From Felis catus (lineage: Eukaryota), in NCBI RefSeq assembly GCF_018350175.1, contig NC_058368.1, forward strand, positions 63,366,001 to 63,430,000: a DNA stretch of 64,000 nucleotides, read 5' to 3'. The notes beneath the pieces are model-generated. The model saw only the letters and a list, made by a program, of their open reading frames with translations, was not told where the DNA came from and made no database searches. The first letter of the stretch is position 1. Every line of letters starts with the position of its first letter. Position numbers and translations under genes: made by a program. Of this stretch, positions 62,259 through 64,000 are shown piece by piece.

Positions 62259-63439
62259 GGCACAATGGGACCAACTGGAAGGTGCCTGTATTATGGCACA
62301 AATGGCAGGAACTCAAATGTAATTGCTGCTTATCTTGAACATTGCTGGCAATATGTCAGACAGTCCTAAAGAAGTTTTCCATTCTTCCCTTACCTAATTG
62401 AAAGCATGCTTAGAGAAAAGTCTTTTAATTTAGAAGCAGTCATAACACTGACTACCTATAAGGGAATGGTATGCAAGAATGGTATGCAAATTTAAAAATT
62501 TAAAATAAGTCCACTTATGCTGAAATCCTTGGGCTCTCTACCTACATATCATAATCATTATATCCTATGGCTGCAACTGTCTGGACCTTTACTGTTTAAC
62601 CATTTCATGCTTTCTGGAACTATCATACTGTATGTTCTTCTGAACAGTCTTAGCAAAGTGACATGATGAGTTTGGCTAGCTTTATCTGTGTGAAGCAAAC
62701 AGATGATTCCAAGTGGAACTACCTAAGTACTTTAGTAGTGCTGCTATCTCACGTTTTCTGTCTCATGAACAAAGATGTAATAAGCAATTCAAGTGAATCA
62801 TTTGTTCACTATATTTAATTATATAAAGGAAATAATATACTCACCATTTTAATAAGCATTGAAATCAAGTGGAAAATCCATCTGGCCTAGTCTTAAAATC
62901 AAAGAATTTACCACGACTTCATTAAAAGTTTACAGATATTTTTGGTATAACTACAAAGCTCCAGACACTAAGTTAGGCACCAGAGCCTTGGTGGATAAAA
63001 TCGTTACCTTCACTGCTCTCAGAGGGGGCGGAGCTATAATGAAAGTGGAAAATCTAGAGGCTCTACCATCCCAACCCCTCATTTAGGCATTAAGGGACTG
63101 AATTCCAAAAAGATTGATACTCGACTGGTTTCACCTTTGATGCATAATCCACCTTCACATCCACTAAAATAGAATTCATTAGCAAGATTGGATTTTTGAG
63201 ATTAGAGGGGTCAGGCCTTTCAGCAGAACACTGACTCCAATTATCCTGTAATCCAATAAAGAAAGGTGGTAGGAAAGATACCAAGCATGGTAATATTATT
63301 AGAGAAACAGTAATAGAAACATCTAGGGCTCCTTCATCAAATATGCCAGGTTTTTATTCCAGTCCAGCATGTTAGCTTGTGATCTTCAGTGAAATGTTTG
63401 ACCTTTCTAAACTGCACATACCTCATTTGCAAAGCATGG

Positions 63440-63690
63440 AGGCAATGTGGCATAGAGGGTAAGAACCCAGCCTTCTGGCTTCAGAATCACATGGGCTTGA
63501 ATCTTGATTCCACCACCTTCAAACTGGGAGATCCTGGGCATATCACATCCTATAACATTAATCCCATTAATATGGGAATAATAATAATACCTGCTTCAAA
63601 GTTTTGTTATAAGAAGTAAATGGAGGATATAGAGCACCCGGGACAGGGTCTGAATAACAGCAGGCAGTCAATAGATGCTAACCAGTGTTA
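63440..63690 (+). mobile_element. MIR
   Basis: ggcaatgtggcatagagggtaagaac...ggcttgaatcttgattccacca...tgggaataataataatacctgcttca. Confidence 0.7.
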
Positions 63691-64000
63691 TTACACTTAA
63701 GAGTTTACAAATGTGAAGATGAATGTTTCATGCAAATCACTTTCCCCATGAATGGCAGTGTTATGAATTTCTGCATTTTAATGATAATTCCAAATTTTAA
63801 AAGTTTCTATAACCATGAACCCTGGCGTCATCTCCGAACAACTATATGGTTAATTTTTTGCCATTTTGCAAAGTGGGAATTTGACTGGAAAGATCCAAAT
63901 GGTTCAGGATCATATATTAAAGTGGGAATGGAGAAGGAATTCAAACTCAGTGACCCTTAGCTCTCTATTCACTGCTTTACCTGTTAAATTATATCACCTT

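Noticed and set aside
62464..62491. 13-bp tandem duplication gaatggtatgcaa next to an ATGCAAAT octamer
   Set aside because: Ordinary slippage duplication; a single octamer is expected by chance in 64 kb of AT-rich DNA.

Overview
Mammalian, AT-rich and almost entirely non-coding genomic DNA. The tRNA-derived Can-SINEs are of the feliform SINEC_Fc type, so the source is most likely cat or another felid. I could not identify any protein-coding gene. The long ORFs in the track come from L1 ORF2 relics, SINEs, microsatellites or GC-rich CpG-island sequence. The clearest functional landmark is a CpG island at about 39.24-39.92 kb. It contains an ATG-free candidate first exon on + that ends at a GC|GTAAGT donor (39505/39506) and carries overlapping STAT(GAS) and heat-shock-element-like motifs; the gene is unidentified. 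Near the left edge are weakly supported minus-strand micro-exon candidates (3478-3508 and 526/359-567). The rest is a layered transposon record: about 25 Can-SINEs (22 on +), an old L1 relic containing a twin-primed inverted carnivore L1, MaLR/ERVL LTRs, hAT MITEs, MIR/L2 and microsatellites. Repeat family names are by eye and need RepeatMasker/Dfam confirmation. I found no convincing new biological system. The best leads are the strong retroposon strand bias together with the micro-exon candidates, the promoter motif composite, repeated use of the same SINE target site, a perfect 109-bp tandem duplication, a 22-bp palindrome and a CpG-retaining AT-rich element.
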